Shown here one piece after another: positions 1-10,745 of a stretch of DNA of 32,000 bases; the stretch's first letter is position 1; each line of letters starts with the position of its first letter. Below the pieces are notes generated by a model. That model saw nothing but the letters and a program-made list of their open reading frames with translations, made no database searches and was not told the DNA's origin. The stretch spans positions 1 to 32,000 of the forward strand of contig NZ_JHXR01000009.1 in assembly GCF_000621645.1 (NCBI RefSeq), given 5' to 3'. The translations under genes and the position numbers were made by a program. Source of the DNA: Vibrio cholerae ATCC 14035 (GTDB lineage Bacteria; Pseudomonadota; Gammaproteobacteria; Enterobacterales; Vibrionaceae).

Positions 1-1011
<1,011 letters not shown>

Positions 1012-1240
1012 GTGAAAACTATCGATAAAATGAAATCGCCATCTCATACTATGGGATTCTCTGAATTTTATTTATCTTGAAATTTTAAGCGTTTTATCTT
1101 GGCGCGCTACAAATAGTTTGGATCTCGACAGTTGAGGACTATTCGCTCTGCCTCTTGTGGGATGTCAAAACGGCGAAGTATCGCGCTCAACGCATGACAA
1201 AAGCTGTCAGCTAACTGGATCGTTTGATAGCTTTCCACAA

Positions 1241-1717
1241 TCATAGCCAGCCCCTTTCTGCAAATGACACACTGCTTTTGCCAACGACCACATGGTCTAG
1301 CACACGAATATCTACCAGTGATAAGGCGTCTTTTAAGCGCTGAGTAATACGCCTATCGGCTTGTGAAGGCTCAGGATCGCCAGAGGGGTGGTTATGGGCA
1401 AAGATCACCGCTGCTGCGTTAACGTTTAGTGCCTCCTTTAATACCTCTCTTGGGTAGACACTGGCGGCATCGACCGTACCGCGAAATAGCTCCTTAAATT
1501 CAATTAGCCGATGCTGGTTATCCAAAAACAGTACGGCAAAGATTTCGTGCTCATATCCAGCAAGTTTACAGCGTAAGTATTCCGTGGTGTTTTCCGTACG
1601 TGCAAAGGTTTCACCGCGCACATAACGCTGTTCAAGGATCTCTGCTGCTTCTTCCAGTACTCGATGCTCATAAGCTCGTTGCGAGAGTAGATAGCGGTGG
1701 CGAGGGAAATGAGTCAT
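1241..1717 (-). CDS. radC: RadC-like JAB/MPN-domain protein (YeeS/YkfG-type, mobile-element associated)
   Basis: The JAMM metalloprotease motif [14 protein letters not shown] is followed by the T-R-L helix typical of the RadC family. I prefer the ATG at 1717 (MTHFPRHRY...) because AAGGAG (reverse complement of 1724-1729) lies 6 nt upstream. The ORF-track start at 1750 lacks an RBS. Confidence 0.85.
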   Translation of the reverse strand: MTHFPRHRYLLSQRAYEHRVLEEAAEILEQRYVRGETFARTENTTEYLRCKLAGYEHEIFAVLFLDNQHRLIEFKELFRGTVDAASVYPREVLKEALNVNAAAVIFAHNHPSGDPEPSQADRRITQRLKDALSLVDIRVLDHVVVGKSSVSFAERGWL

Positions 1718-1860
1718 AGCCTGCTCCTTAACAATAGTGGGAAGGTTCACAGTGATGACATATATCTAAATTGGCTTTGAATATAGGTAAGGGACTGATT
1801 TAACTATTTTTTACAGAGTCAGTTCATCCCATGGGACAACAAGACATAGGAGAACATCCC

Positions 1861-2037
1861 ATGAGATTTCTGAAACTAAAAGAAGTAATGGAAAAGACCG
1901 CACTAAGCCGTTCAGCAATTTACCGAAAAATGAATGATGGCGAGTTTCCACAGTCGGTGAGCTTGGGAGAAAGGGCTATTGCCTGGGTGGAAAGCGAAGT
2001 GGATGAGTGGATGGACTTTTGTCTTAAACAGCGATGA
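1861..2037 (+). CDS. alpA: AlpA/prophage CP4-57-type small HTH transcriptional regulator
   Basis: MRFLKLKEVMEKTALSRSAIYRKMNDGEFPQSVSLGERAIAWVESEVDEWM is the canonical AlpA family pattern (LSRSxIYrxxxxGxFPxpvxlGxRavaWxxsEVxxW). AGGAGA lies about 8 nt upstream of the ATG at 1861. Confidence 0.85.
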   Translation: MRFLKLKEVMEKTALSRSAIYRKMNDGEFPQSVSLGERAIAWVESEVDEWMDFCLKQR

Positions 2038-2183
2038 TGGCGTGATTATACATGCGTCATGTACTATAGCTGAGAGTGTAAGGTGCCTGATTTGTCAATT
2101 TGAGTACTGGTTTGAAACGGTGACGAGAAATAAGCTGATAGCATCATTTGATGTGCTATCAGCTTTAACACGTTAAGCTGCTC

Positions 2184-4529
2184 TTAGTTTTGCGATAAGG
2201 TCAGCTTCTGTTTTAGCAATGTGATAGGCATACGAAGAATTCGCATATTTGAATTATCCGTTTCAACAATGACAATCGCATTTTCCGAATCCAATTGATA
2301 AATATCAGAATATGCCGATGCACCATTAACAAGTTGAATTGGTCCTTTCCATGTCACCCCTTCATCGAAGCTAAACCATAAGCCTAGATTTTGCCTGCCA
2401 TTTGTCCCCGCAGGGTTTCCTTGTGGGTTAGTAAAGAGTAAGAAATGGCTACCGTCACTTTGCTCGAACCGAGTAATAGAAGCATCAACGGTACCAGTAC
2501 TGATATTGCTAAAGACGTTAGCGTTGTTAGCCTCAAGTAGGCTCCACGTGATTCCACCATCTTTACTCAAAAATTGCTGGCGTGGGCTATAGTTCACACC
2601 ATTAACGATTTGGTTAAAATCAAGGCGTGCAGTAAGGAGTAGATCACCGTTTTGGAGTTCAACCATATCAGCTTCACTAGGTTCGAGAGTTTCTAGGATA
2701 CTCGAACTCTTCCAGCGAAAGGGGATAGGGAGTGTTGAACCGGTTTGCCAGTTTGAACCGCCATCATCACTGTAAATAGACATGACGTTCAAGAAGAAAC
2801 GATCAAGCACAATCGCTGGGTAGATCAAGCGGCCGTTTTGGCTGCCACTGATATTTTGTTGTCGAGTAAGGGTGATGCCATGACCCGGTCCTGGGTTGAC
2901 ACTGGCATTTCCATACAAACTCATGGTGTTGCCCGTTTTAATTTTTGTCCAACCAAGCTTTTCAAGGTCTTTCTCTACTTCAGGGGTTTGCTGTGCTAAA
3001 TAGAAAGCATCAAACTCCACGAGGTTATGGCCTTGCTGTGTGAGAACAATTTTTTGCACATGCAGTCTGCCGTCAATTTGGGCATCCGCATTACCAAACT
3101 GAATGTTGTTCTCCTGCGATACTTCGCCAGCCCAAGTTGTGATTTGCTGACCATCCACGAATAACGTTGTGGTGTGGTTTAACGCCGAATATTGAAGTTC
3201 GTAGTCATGGAAAGAGTGTACCTTTGCGTGTTCAGATTGCAGGATAATCGGAGCACTAACACCGTTTAGATTAGCGACTAGACCACCTGATTCATCAATA
3301 CTCAGTGTGACAACATATTTTCGGCTACCATCGGCAACTTGTATCTGGTTCGCTGCACCATCAACAATTCGGATCTTAGCGTTTGATTGCCAGTCTTGCT
3401 GGCTATTTAGGCTGGTATTTCGGCGATACAGCTCTGAACCACCCCAACCAGCGATTTGGAAACTGCGTTCTTTCACCTGATCGGTAACATCGATAGGCGC
3501 TTGCCAGTTCCCTGATGCAACATCATAGACGCTGTAAAAAATACCGTTTGGCATCCATGGTTTTATTCGATCTCCGTTTTGAGCGGCATCGGTCGGCCAT
3601 CGAGCATAAGAGACAAGAACCGTATTGGAGGAAGGATCATAGATAGGCCGAGGATCGGAGAAATCAAACTCATCACTGACATTGATTTGCTCAGTGAGGT
3701 TGAGCTCGGTATCCCAAGTTATACCGCCATCTCGTGAGGTACGAGTGATTATGTCATTGGTATTACTCAGAGCACCGGGATCTCCTCCCCCCACACGTTT
3801 CTCTGCAAATGCGGTTACCACCCCTGGTGTTACGCTACTTGCTACAATGGACGGTATACGGTCTGGGCCTCTGAAGATGACGTCGCCTTGAATTTCAAAC
3901 TTAATATCACGATAAGCGGCGACACCATCCGTATTTGATGAGCCATTCCCCCATACGATCATATTTTGTTTTGATGCAGTCGGCTGGATGTTGTCACGAA
4001 TGAGTTTGCCATCGAAGTAAAAGCTAGCGGATGGGTTACTTCCAGGAAGGAATACCAATTCAAATTTATGATATTCCGTTGCTGCTGTGCCGGTTGCCAA
4101 AACGGTGCGTCCAGTTTGCCCTTCAAACTCAACAACTAAGTTACCACTGCTATCTAATGAAATGATGGGTAAGACACGCTGAGTGCCGTTGGCGTAGTAG
4201 TTTGTGATCATTCCACCACTGAGCACTTTCATTTCTGTCGTCATTCGCCAACCGAAACTTGATGCTTGGGCATGTTGATTAGTAGAGAGAGAATATGTCC
4301 ATTGAGCTCTCCCTCCAATACCTTGCACCAACCAAGCGGGCATTCCATCTGCATTGGTTAAAACGCCGCTGCCATTATTCGTGTTGTCTTGCATCCATCC
4401 CTGTTTGGCTGGACTGTCAAACTCAGTGTCACCCGTTGCGTTATAGTCAAAAAGTGCGGCGTTTGAGCTTGTCGCCATACCGAACATTGCAAGCATTAAA
4501 GCGGTTTTCTTTACGTTTTTGAAACGCAT
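2184..4529 (-). CDS. nanH: Secreted sialidase (neuraminidase) NanH, with a beta-propeller core and lectin-like wing domains
   Basis: Four Asp-boxes are present (SRDGGITW, SDDGGSNW, SKDGGITW, SFDEGVTW), along with the FRGPDRIPS (RIP) motif. Starting at the ATG at 4529 gives the Sec signal peptide MRFKNVKKTALMLAMFGMATSSNAA and a 781-aa product, the length I recall for V. cholerae NanH. AGGGAG lies just upstream. Confidence 0.97.
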   Translation of the reverse strand: MRFKNVKKTALMLAMFGMATSSNAALFDYNATGDTEFDSPAKQGWMQDNTNNGSGVLTNADGMPAWLVQGIGGRAQWTYSLSTNQHAQASSFGWRMTTEMKVLSGGMITNYYANGTQRVLPIISLDSSGNLVVEFEGQTGRTVLATGTAATEYHKFELVFLPGSNPSASFYFDGKLIRDNIQPTASKQNMIVWGNGSSNTDGVAAYRDIKFEIQGDVIFRGPDRIPSIVASSVTPGVVTAFAEKRVGGGDPGALSNTNDIITRTSRDGGITWDTELNLTEQINVSDEFDFSDPRPIYDPSSNTVLVSYARWPTDAAQNGDRIKPWMPNGIFYSVYDVASGNWQAPIDVTDQVKERSFQIAGWGGSELYRRNTSLNSQQDWQSNAKIRIVDGAANQIQVADGSRKYVVTLSIDESGGLVANLNGVSAPIILQSEHAKVHSFHDYELQYSALNHTTTLFVDGQQITTWAGEVSQENNIQFGNADAQIDGRLHVQKIVLTQQGHNLVEFDAFYLAQQTPEVEKDLEKLGWTKIKTGNTMSLYGNASVNPGPGHGITLTRQQNISGSQNGRLIYPAIVLDRFFLNVMSIYSDDGGSNWQTGSTLPIPFRWKSSSILETLEPSEADMVELQNGDLLLTARLDFNQIVNGVNYSPRQQFLSKDGGITWSLLEANNANVFSNISTGTVDASITRFEQSDGSHFLLFTNPQGNPAGTNGRQNLGLWFSFDEGVTWKGPIQLVNGASAYSDIYQLDSENAIVIVETDNSNMRILRMPITLLKQKLTLSQN

Positions 4530-4951
4530 ATCTACTCCCTTTATATTAGAATCTGTTTCCTTGTGAATCGATGCTCTTCTTCGTTGTGAAGTCATCTTGA
4601 TTGACAAGTCTCCATCGAATGTAAGGCTTGGAAACGTTCACATTTCCAGTTGTAGATTCTCATTAAAAAATATTTTCTTCATGAACTGCGATCGCAAAAA
4701 AAATAATTTCCATAAATGTTTTTGTGTGTTGTTTAATCGATGAGACATCAACACGTTGCAGTTATGTTCGTACTTAGATGTGTGTAGTTGGGTTAGAGGA
4801 GGCTACTGAAGTAGGAATAGAAGCGACGGAAGTACAGTTAATGCCTAAAGGCATATAGATTTTTTGGGAAGAGCTATTCCAATGATCTCTGCTGAACATT
4901 GGAATAGTGAACGATCTGGTCAATAACGGATAGGCATGTTTGATCGATAGC

Positions 4952-6088
4952 TCAGTTGTAGAGCACGCCTTCACTGACTACAGCCAAGCTTTCATATTTG
5001 GAGTTTAATACAGTGGCGGCGGCTCGATAATTGGGTTTTAGTTGCCCTAAATCATCACATTGAATTGCTTGAGCCGGATAAGACGAGGCCATTTTTAATG
5101 CTTCATCTTCCGCGATTCCCCAACGAATAACATTGGCAACCGATTCATCCATCCCGATGTGTGCTCCCGCAAGATTGCCTCTGCTATTAATCAGTTTATT
5201 ATCGATGACGCGAATGGTTTCCCCATCCAATTCAAACTGGCTAGTCACACTGCCAAGGCTAGCCATGGCATCGGTAACAATAAGAAGTTTGTCTTTAGGT
5301 TTGATTCGCTTAGCGAGTAAAAAACTTTGTGGATGGACATGAATTCCATCAGTTATTACTGAACACCAAGCATGATCGGTATTCAATGCTGTACCGACAA
5401 CTCCGGGTTCACGACTCTCAAAAGGCGACATGGCATTAAATAAGTGGGTAAATCCATCAATGAGAGCTAACTTCTCAGTGGTTAATTGGGCTGTAGTGGC
5501 ATTACTGTGACCACACGAGAGAGTAACATGATGATCCTTTAACCACTTTAGTGAGTCGATGGAGAGGTTTTCAGCCGCGACCGTTACAAGAACTTTGCCT
5601 TTGGTTGGCCAGTGAAACTGTGAAAGTTGTTCGGGTGTCGGGGAATAGAACAGATCTGGGTTATGAGCGCCTTTCTTTTCTGGGTTTAACCAAGGCCCCT
5701 CTAAGTGAATACCCAACACACCCGAGACTTGATTTTCGATTGCAGATTGAATGGCATCAAGTGCACGGTTGATGTGTTCCGGTGTTGCACTGATTAAGGT
5801 TGGAAGCAGATAGGCGGTGCCGTGAGTTCTGTGTGCTCGGCAGATCGAATCAATACCCGCAAGAGTCATGTCATTATTGAACATGACATCGCCACCGCCA
5901 TTAACTTGTAAGTCAATGAATCCTGGAGCGATCAATGCACCATCAAAATGTTGATGCTCAATATCCTCCGTCAGAGACTCAATAGGAACAATGGAGTGAA
6001 TGTGTGAACCTTCCCAAACCATTGCCGCATTCTCGTAATACTGAATTCCATCAAAAAGCCGTGTGGCTGAAATTGCCTTTAATGCCAT
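4952..6088 (-). CDS. nagA: N-acetylglucosamine-6-phosphate deacetylase
   Basis: Amidohydrolase/NagA motifs are present: GFIDLQVNGGGD, HLEGPWLNPEKKGAH, GHSNAT and VTDAMA. The protein is 378 aa. An AAGGAG RBS lies in the last codons of the upstream nanK. Confidence 0.9.
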   Translation of the reverse strand: MALKAISATRLFDGIQYYENAAMVWEGSHIHSIVPIESLTEDIEHQHFDGALIAPGFIDLQVNGGGDVMFNNDMTLAGIDSICRAHRTHGTAYLLPTLISATPEHINRALDAIQSAIENQVSGVLGIHLEGPWLNPEKKGAHNPDLFYSPTPEQLSQFHWPTKGKVLVTVAAENLSIDSLKWLKDHHVTLSCGHSNATTAQLTTEKLALIDGFTHLFNAMSPFESREPGVVGTALNTDHAWCSVITDGIHVHPQSFLLAKRIKPKDKLLIVTDAMASLGSVTSQFELDGETIRVIDNKLINSRGNLAGAHIGMDESVANVIRWGIAEDEALKMASSYPAQAIQCDDLGQLKPNYRAAATVLNSKYESLAVVSEGVLYN

Positions 6089-6091
6089 CGT

Positions 6092-6955
6092 TTACTCCTT
6101 AAACTGAAATGCTGCTCCGAGTAGGCAAGCATCATAATCGCCATGAGCAGGAGTGACAGGGATGTGAAATACGGATGGCCTAGATTGAATAGCTTTGTTG
6201 AGGCGTTCAAGGTAGCCCTCTGCGAGACCAATTCCACCACCCAAAACAATAATATCCAGATCTAAGCATGCTTTAAGATTACAGCATAATGTGGCTACTG
6301 CTTGCACACTGCGATTGATGATCGCTTCTGCTTTCGGGTTGAACGCTGCTTGCTTAAATAACTCAACATTGCTCATTGTCTCGGTAAAAGTGGCTTCGCT
6401 CTCTTTTTGAATCGCGTTACCTGAAGCCATGGACTCAACACAACCTCGCTGACCACATCCGCATAATGGACCTTCAATGGCCACCGACATGTGACCTATG
6501 TGTCCCGCTAAACCGCTGTTTCCTTTGTGAAGCTTGCCATCAATGATGATTCCGCCACCAACCCCTGTTGAAACCGTAATAAAAGCCATATTTAAGCTAG
6601 GATTTTTTAACTGCACAAATTCAAACCATGCCGCGGCCTGTGCATCATTAAGAATGGAGACTGGTTTATTAGTGAGTTGTTCTAGCGTTTGAGCTAATGG
6701 AAAAGGTACAGGGAAATTAAGAGTCTCTGGATTTATCGATGTGATGCCTTCTGGCGTTACATAACCTGTTGTTGATACGCCTACATAATCGATAGAAGGG
6801 AGCCATTCAGTGACCTTTTCGAGAATCGCTTGAACAAACTTGGTGACGTCCTGCACCACAGGCGTTGCTATCTGGTAACGCTGTATGATCGTACCTTCTT
6901 CTACAATCGCTAATGCTATTTTTGTTCCGCCGATATCGATGGCTAGTGTGCGCAT
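6092..6955 (-). CDS. nanK: N-acetylmannosamine kinase (ROK family)
   Basis: The N-terminal ATP-binding motif [13 protein letters not shown] and the ROK zinc motif GHMSV...[10 protein letters not shown] are present. The gene overlaps the nanE stop by 13 nt. Confidence 0.9.
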   Translation of the reverse strand: MRTLAIDIGGTKIALAIVEEGTIIQRYQIATPVVQDVTKFVQAILEKVTEWLPSIDYVGVSTTGYVTPEGITSINPETLNFPVPFPLAQTLEQLTNKPVSILNDAQAAAWFEFVQLKNPSLNMAFITVSTGVGGGIIIDGKLHKGNSGLAGHIGHMSVAIEGPLCGCGQRGCVESMASGNAIQKESEATFTETMSNVELFKQAAFNPKAEAIINRSVQAVATLCCNLKACLDLDIIVLGGGIGLAEGYLERLNKAIQSRPSVFHIPVTPAHGDYDACLLGAAFQFKE

Positions 6956-7665
6956 TTCCTTTCTCCCGCAACTTGGGTTGCGTTATTGAACCATTGAGTA
7001 ACCACTTCTAATCGAGTCAATGCAGAACCAACCGTTACGGCAACCGCACCAGACTCAATAGCTTTCGCTGCTAACTCAGGCGTATTGTATCGACCTTCCG
7101 CCATGGTAAAAAAGCCGGCTTCAGAAAACGCTTTCACAAGTTGGAAATCTGGAACCGTGGGCTCAATATCTCCGACATAGCCTGACAGTGTTGATCCAAC
7201 AATTTCAACACCTTGTGAGTTAGCCCATAATCCATCCTCGAATGTGGAGCAATCGGCCATCGCAAAACATCCCGTGTTTTTGATTGCTTGCGCAATACGT
7301 TCTCGACTTTCAGGGCGTGTTCTATCGGTGGCATCAAAAGCAATGACCGTTGCGCCAGCATTTGCTAAGCCATCAACATCTGAAACAAAAGGAGTGATTC
7401 GAATTGGGCTATCAGGCAAGTCACGCTTAACGATACCTATAATCGGAATTGTTACTGCGGCGGATACAGCAGCCACGTTATTCACACCTTCAATGCGCAG
7501 CGCTTTTGCACCCGCTTGTTCGACGGCGATCGCCATCGCCACAATGAAATCTGTTTTATCGAGTGGGCTGCCTGTTACAGGTTGTATGGAAACGACAGTT
7601 TGGCCGTTTAAAAATCGCTTTAACTCTTCGATATTCAAAAAATTCTTTCTCACGACGGGCCTCAT
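6943..7665 (-). CDS. nanE: N-acetylmannosamine-6-phosphate 2-epimerase
   Basis: The sequence is close to E. coli NanE as I recall it: [46 protein letters not shown] and [10 protein letters not shown]. Confidence 0.92.
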   Translation of the reverse strand: MRPVVRKNFLNIEELKRFLNGQTVVSIQPVTGSPLDKTDFIVAMAIAVEQAGAKALRIEGVNNVAAVSAAVTIPIIGIVKRDLPDSPIRITPFVSDVDGLANAGATVIAFDATDRTRPESRERIAQAIKNTGCFAMADCSTFEDGLWANSQGVEIVGSTLSGYVGDIEPTVPDFQLVKAFSEAGFFTMAEGRYNTPELAAKAIESGAVAVTVGSALTRLEVVTQWFNNATQVAGERKCAH

Positions 7666-7879
7666 TTTTCTTTTCTAAAAACGTTTTTAATTCCTGACTT
7701 GATGAACAAAAGGACTCTTGTAACCAAATTTTGTTCGCCATCACACTTTGAAAAAAGGTGGTTTGAAAATAATCTCCACCGCAATGATAATTCATAACGA
7801 AGATTTTTTTCAAACGAAATAAAAGTTTTTTTTGAAAATGGTGAGACAAGGCGTAACAGGAAAGAACAAAGGGAAAAAT
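7666..7879. promoter_or_regulatory. Divergent nanE-nanK-nagA / siaPQM-nanA promoter-operator region
   Basis: This 214-bp AT-rich gap lies between divergent operons. TTTGAAAA(T) occurs at 7747-7756, 7762-7770 and 7831-7839, with an inverted copy at 7804-7814. A GGTGG...CCACC inverted repeat spans 7757-7780. Confidence 0.5.
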
Positions 7880-8845
7880 ATGAAAACCATTAATAAGATT
7901 ACTATCGCAATACTTACTTTGAGTGCTGCTGCTTCTGTCAATGCTGCGACGACTTTAAAGATGGGGATGCAAGCTTCTGTGGGGTCTGTAGAGTATAACT
8001 CGGCAAAAATGCTTGCCGACACATTAGAAGAAATGAGTCAAGGAGAGATCAAACTCGCTTTGTACCCAAGCGCCCAGCTTGGTGATGATCGTGCCATGCT
8101 TCAGCAATTGACGCTGGGAGATCTCGATATAACTTATGCTGAGTTTGGTCGTATGGGGCTTTGGATACCGCGAGCAGAAGCGGTCATGCTCCCTTATGTC
8201 GCGAAAGATTTTGACCATTTACGCCGCATGTTTGAATCTGACTTTGGTCAAGGTGTTCGTGATGAAATGCTCCAGAAGTTCAACTGGCGTGCTTTGGACA
8301 CTTGGTATAACGGTACCCGTGAAACCACTTCAAACCGTCCCCTCAATTCGATTGAAGATTTTAAAGGGTTAAAACTTCGAGTCCCGAATGCTAAGCAAAA
8401 CCTCAACTATGCAAAGCTGTCTGGTGCCTCGCCAACCCCGATGTCATTCTCTGAAGTTTATTTAGCGCTGCAGACCAATGCCGTAGATGGGCAAGAAAAC
8501 CCGCTACCAACAATTAAAACAATGAAGTTCTATGAAGTGCAAAAGAACTTAGCCATGACACATCATATTGTTAACGATCAAATGGTGATCATTTCGGAAT
8601 CTACTTGGCAGAAGCTTTCTGATACGGATAAAGACATCATTCAGAAAGCCGTGCAGAAAGTGGGAGATGCTCATACACAGACCGTTAAAACTCAAGAGGC
8701 AGAATTGGTCTCCTTCTTCAAGAGTGAAGGTATCAACGTGACTTACCCAGATCTGGAGCCATTCCGAGAAGCGATGCAACCACTTTACAAGGAGTTTGAC
8801 AGTAACATCGGTCAGCCGATTGTGTCGAAATTGGCAGCAATGTAA
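7880..8845 (+). CDS. siaP: TRAP transporter periplasmic sialic-acid-binding protein (DctP family)
   Basis: The ATG at 7880 gives the signal peptide MKTINKITIAILTLSAAASVNAA and a 321-aa DctP-type SBP (LRVPNA..., NPLPT). Genomic context with the Q and M subunits and nanA supports the call. Confidence 0.9.
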   Translation: MKTINKITIAILTLSAAASVNAATTLKMGMQASVGSVEYNSAKMLADTLEEMSQGEIKLALYPSAQLGDDRAMLQQLTLGDLDITYAEFGRMGLWIPRAEAVMLPYVAKDFDHLRRMFESDFGQGVRDEMLQKFNWRALDTWYNGTRETTSNRPLNSIEDFKGLKLRVPNAKQNLNYAKLSGASPTPMSFSEVYLALQTNAVDGQENPLPTIKTMKFYEVQKNLAMTHHIVNDQMVIISESTWQKLSDTDKDIIQKAVQKVGDAHTQTVKTQEAELVSFFKSEGINVTYPDLEPFREAMQPLYKEFDSNIGQPIVSKLAAM

Positions 8846-8895
8846 AGGGTAGGGTTCTCTGTCTCATTAAATTAGCTGGCCAGGACTGGTCAGCT

Positions 8896-9417
8896 ATGGA
8901 GCTTAAGATGTTACGTAAGATAATTAATAATATTGAAGAAATCATTACTGTGCCTCTAATGGCGGCCTTGCTTGCTGTTTTGACTTGGCAAATTGGTACC
9001 CGTTGGCTTCTCAATGATCCTTCTTTGTGGAGTGAAGAGCTTGCCCGATTACTCTTCATGTATATGTGTTTAGTGGGATGTGCTATCGCCATTAAACGAA
9101 GTTCTCACGTCAATATCACTTTTTTCTCTGACAAACTTCCTGAAAAGGCGCGCTTGTCTTTAGTCCTATCGTTAGAGATTGCCGTGCTGGTTTCTATTGG
9201 TGCAATCATTGTGCTCGGCTATCAACATGCCCAGCGTAATGCATTCTTTGAATTGATCACATTAGGGATATCGAGTAGCTGGATGAATTATAGCTTACCT
9301 GTGGGTGGCGTGTTTATGGTGTTTAGACAACTCGAAAAAATCTTTAACCTTATGAAGCTGCTACTGGGTGTTAGCTCATCTGCTTCATTAATTGATCAGC
9401 AAGTAACGGAGAGGTAG
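8896..9417 (+). CDS. siaQ: TRAP transporter small permease (DctQ family)
   Basis: This is a roughly 170-aa protein with four hydrophobic helices, located between the SBP and the large permease. An alternative start at 8908 (MLRKII) has GGAG 6 nt upstream, so the exact start is uncertain. Confidence 0.8.
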   Translation: MELKMLRKIINNIEEIITVPLMAALLAVLTWQIGTRWLLNDPSLWSEELARLLFMYMCLVGCAIAIKRSSHVNITFFSDKLPEKARLSLVLSLEIAVLVSIGAIIVLGYQHAQRNAFFELITLGISSSWMNYSLPVGGVFMVFRQLEKIFNLMKLLLGVSSSASLIDQQVTER

Positions 9418-9424
9418 TAGGACT

Positions 9425-10708
9425 ATGGTTGGTTCAATTTTTGGTTGGTTAGGATTGTTATTTGCGGGCATGCCAGTAGGTTTTTCACTTATTTTTGTTG
9501 CATTAGCTTTCCTCATTCTCACCAATAGTACAGGGATTAATTTTGCGGCTCAGCAAATGCTGGGTGGGATCGACAACTTCACGTTGCTAGCCGTTCCATT
9601 TTTTGTGTTAACTGGCCATCTAATGAATAGTGCCGGTATTACAGAAAGAATCTTCAACTTCGCGAAGTCTCTCGTTGGCCATATTACGGGCAGCTTGGGT
9701 CATGTAAATATCATGGCAAGCTTGTTGTTCTCTGGAATGTCTGGCTCAGCATTGGCAGATGCAGGTGGGTTAGGTCAGCTTGAAATCAAATCCATGCGTG
9801 ATGCGAAGTATCACGATGATTTCGCGGGCGGGCTGACAGCGGCATCTTGCATCATTGGTCCTCTGGTGCCGCCATCAGTACCACTAGTCATATACGGTGT
9901 GGTTTCCAATACCTCTATTGGCGCATTATTTTTAGCGGGTGCGATACCTGGTTTGCTGTGTTGTATTGCCTTGATGGTGATGAGTTATTTTATCTGCAAA
10001 AAGCGCGGATATATGACATTGCCTAAAGCGAGCAGACGTGAGCAATTTAAATCACTTAAAGAAGCATTTTTATCGTTGCTGACACCAGTCATTATCATTG
10101 GTGGGATCTTCTCTGGTAAATTTACGCCAACTGAAGCGGCTGCTGTTTCATCTCTCTACGCACTATTTTTAGGTACAGTTGTTTATAACACGCTCACGTT
10201 ACAGGGGTTCATCGAAATTCTGAAAGAAACGGTCAATACCACAGCCGTGGTTGCTCTGATGGTTATGGGCGTGACTGTTTTTGGGTGGATTGTGGCTCGC
10301 GAACAGTTACCACAGATGTTGGCTGATTATTTCTTAACAATCAGTGATAACCCACTCGTACTGCTTCTGTTGATCAACTTGTTGCTCCTCTTCTTGGGCA
10401 CGTTTATTGAGTCATTGGCCTTGCTGTTGCTGCTAGTTCCATTCTTGGTGCCAGTGGCTTCAGCGGTGGGTATCGATCCTGTTCACTTCGGTGTTATGGC
10501 GATTCTTAACCTAATGATTGGCATTCTTACCCCACCAATGGGAATGGCTTTATATGTGGTTTCTCGAGTCGGAGATATCCCATTCCATACGCTTACGCGT
10601 GGTGTTTTACCACTACTGGTGCCGCTATTCATCGTGTTGGCGCTGGTGGCGGTATTCCCTCAATTTACTCTGCTACTACCGGAATTATTCCTCGGATACG
10701 GACAGTAG
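9425..10708 (+). CDS. siaM: TRAP transporter large permease (DctM family)
   Basis: This 427-aa polytopic membrane protein has an N-terminus and Gly/Pro-rich loops typical of DctM. It lies immediately downstream of siaQ. Confidence 0.9.
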   Translation: MVGSIFGWLGLLFAGMPVGFSLIFVALAFLILTNSTGINFAAQQMLGGIDNFTLLAVPFFVLTGHLMNSAGITERIFNFAKSLVGHITGSLGHVNIMASLLFSGMSGSALADAGGLGQLEIKSMRDAKYHDDFAGGLTAASCIIGPLVPPSVPLVIYGVVSNTSIGALFLAGAIPGLLCCIALMVMSYFICKKRGYMTLPKASRREQFKSLKEAFLSLLTPVIIIGGIFSGKFTPTEAAAVSSLYALFLGTVVYNTLTLQGFIEILKETVNTTAVVALMVMGVTVFGWIVAREQLPQMLADYFLTISDNPLVLLLLINLLLLFLGTFIESLALLLLLVPFLVPVASAVGIDPVHFGVMAILNLMIGILTPPMGMALYVVSRVGDIPFHTLTRGVLPLLVPLFIVLALVAVFPQFTLLLPELFLGYGQ

Positions 10709-10745
10709 TTGAACTAGCGAACTATAGAATTTAAAGGTAAACAAA

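Noticed and set aside
1071-1101. A 9-bp direct repeat TTTATCTTG (1071-1079 and 1093-1101) downstream of radC
   Set aside because: It is too short to be significant in AT-rich intergenic DNA, and there is no supporting structure around it.
1979-2176. A 65-aa plus-strand ORF overlapping the 3' end of alpA
   Set aside because: It overlaps alpA out of frame and has no RBS and no recognisable motif. It is probably non-coding spacer before the nanH stop.
4530-4607. The upstream extension of nanH (MSIKMTSQRRRASIHKETDSNIKGVD...)
   Set aside because: The signal peptide begins at the internal Met (start 4529), which has an AGGGAG RBS. The extension would bury the signal peptide.
4774-4974. A 66-aa minus-strand ORF in the nagA-nanH intergenic region
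   Set aside because: It overlaps the nagA 3' end, has no RBS and is of low complexity. The region is better explained as the nanH promoter and regulatory DNA.
7244-7678. A 144-aa plus-strand ORF (and the 75-aa minus-strand ORF at 7134-7361)
   Set aside because: It lies antisense to, or out of frame within, nanE, which has strong family similarity. There is no RBS and the sequence is of low complexity.
8733-9092. A 119-aa minus-strand ORF spanning the siaP-siaQ junction
   Set aside because: It is antisense to two well-supported transporter genes and has no motif or RBS.
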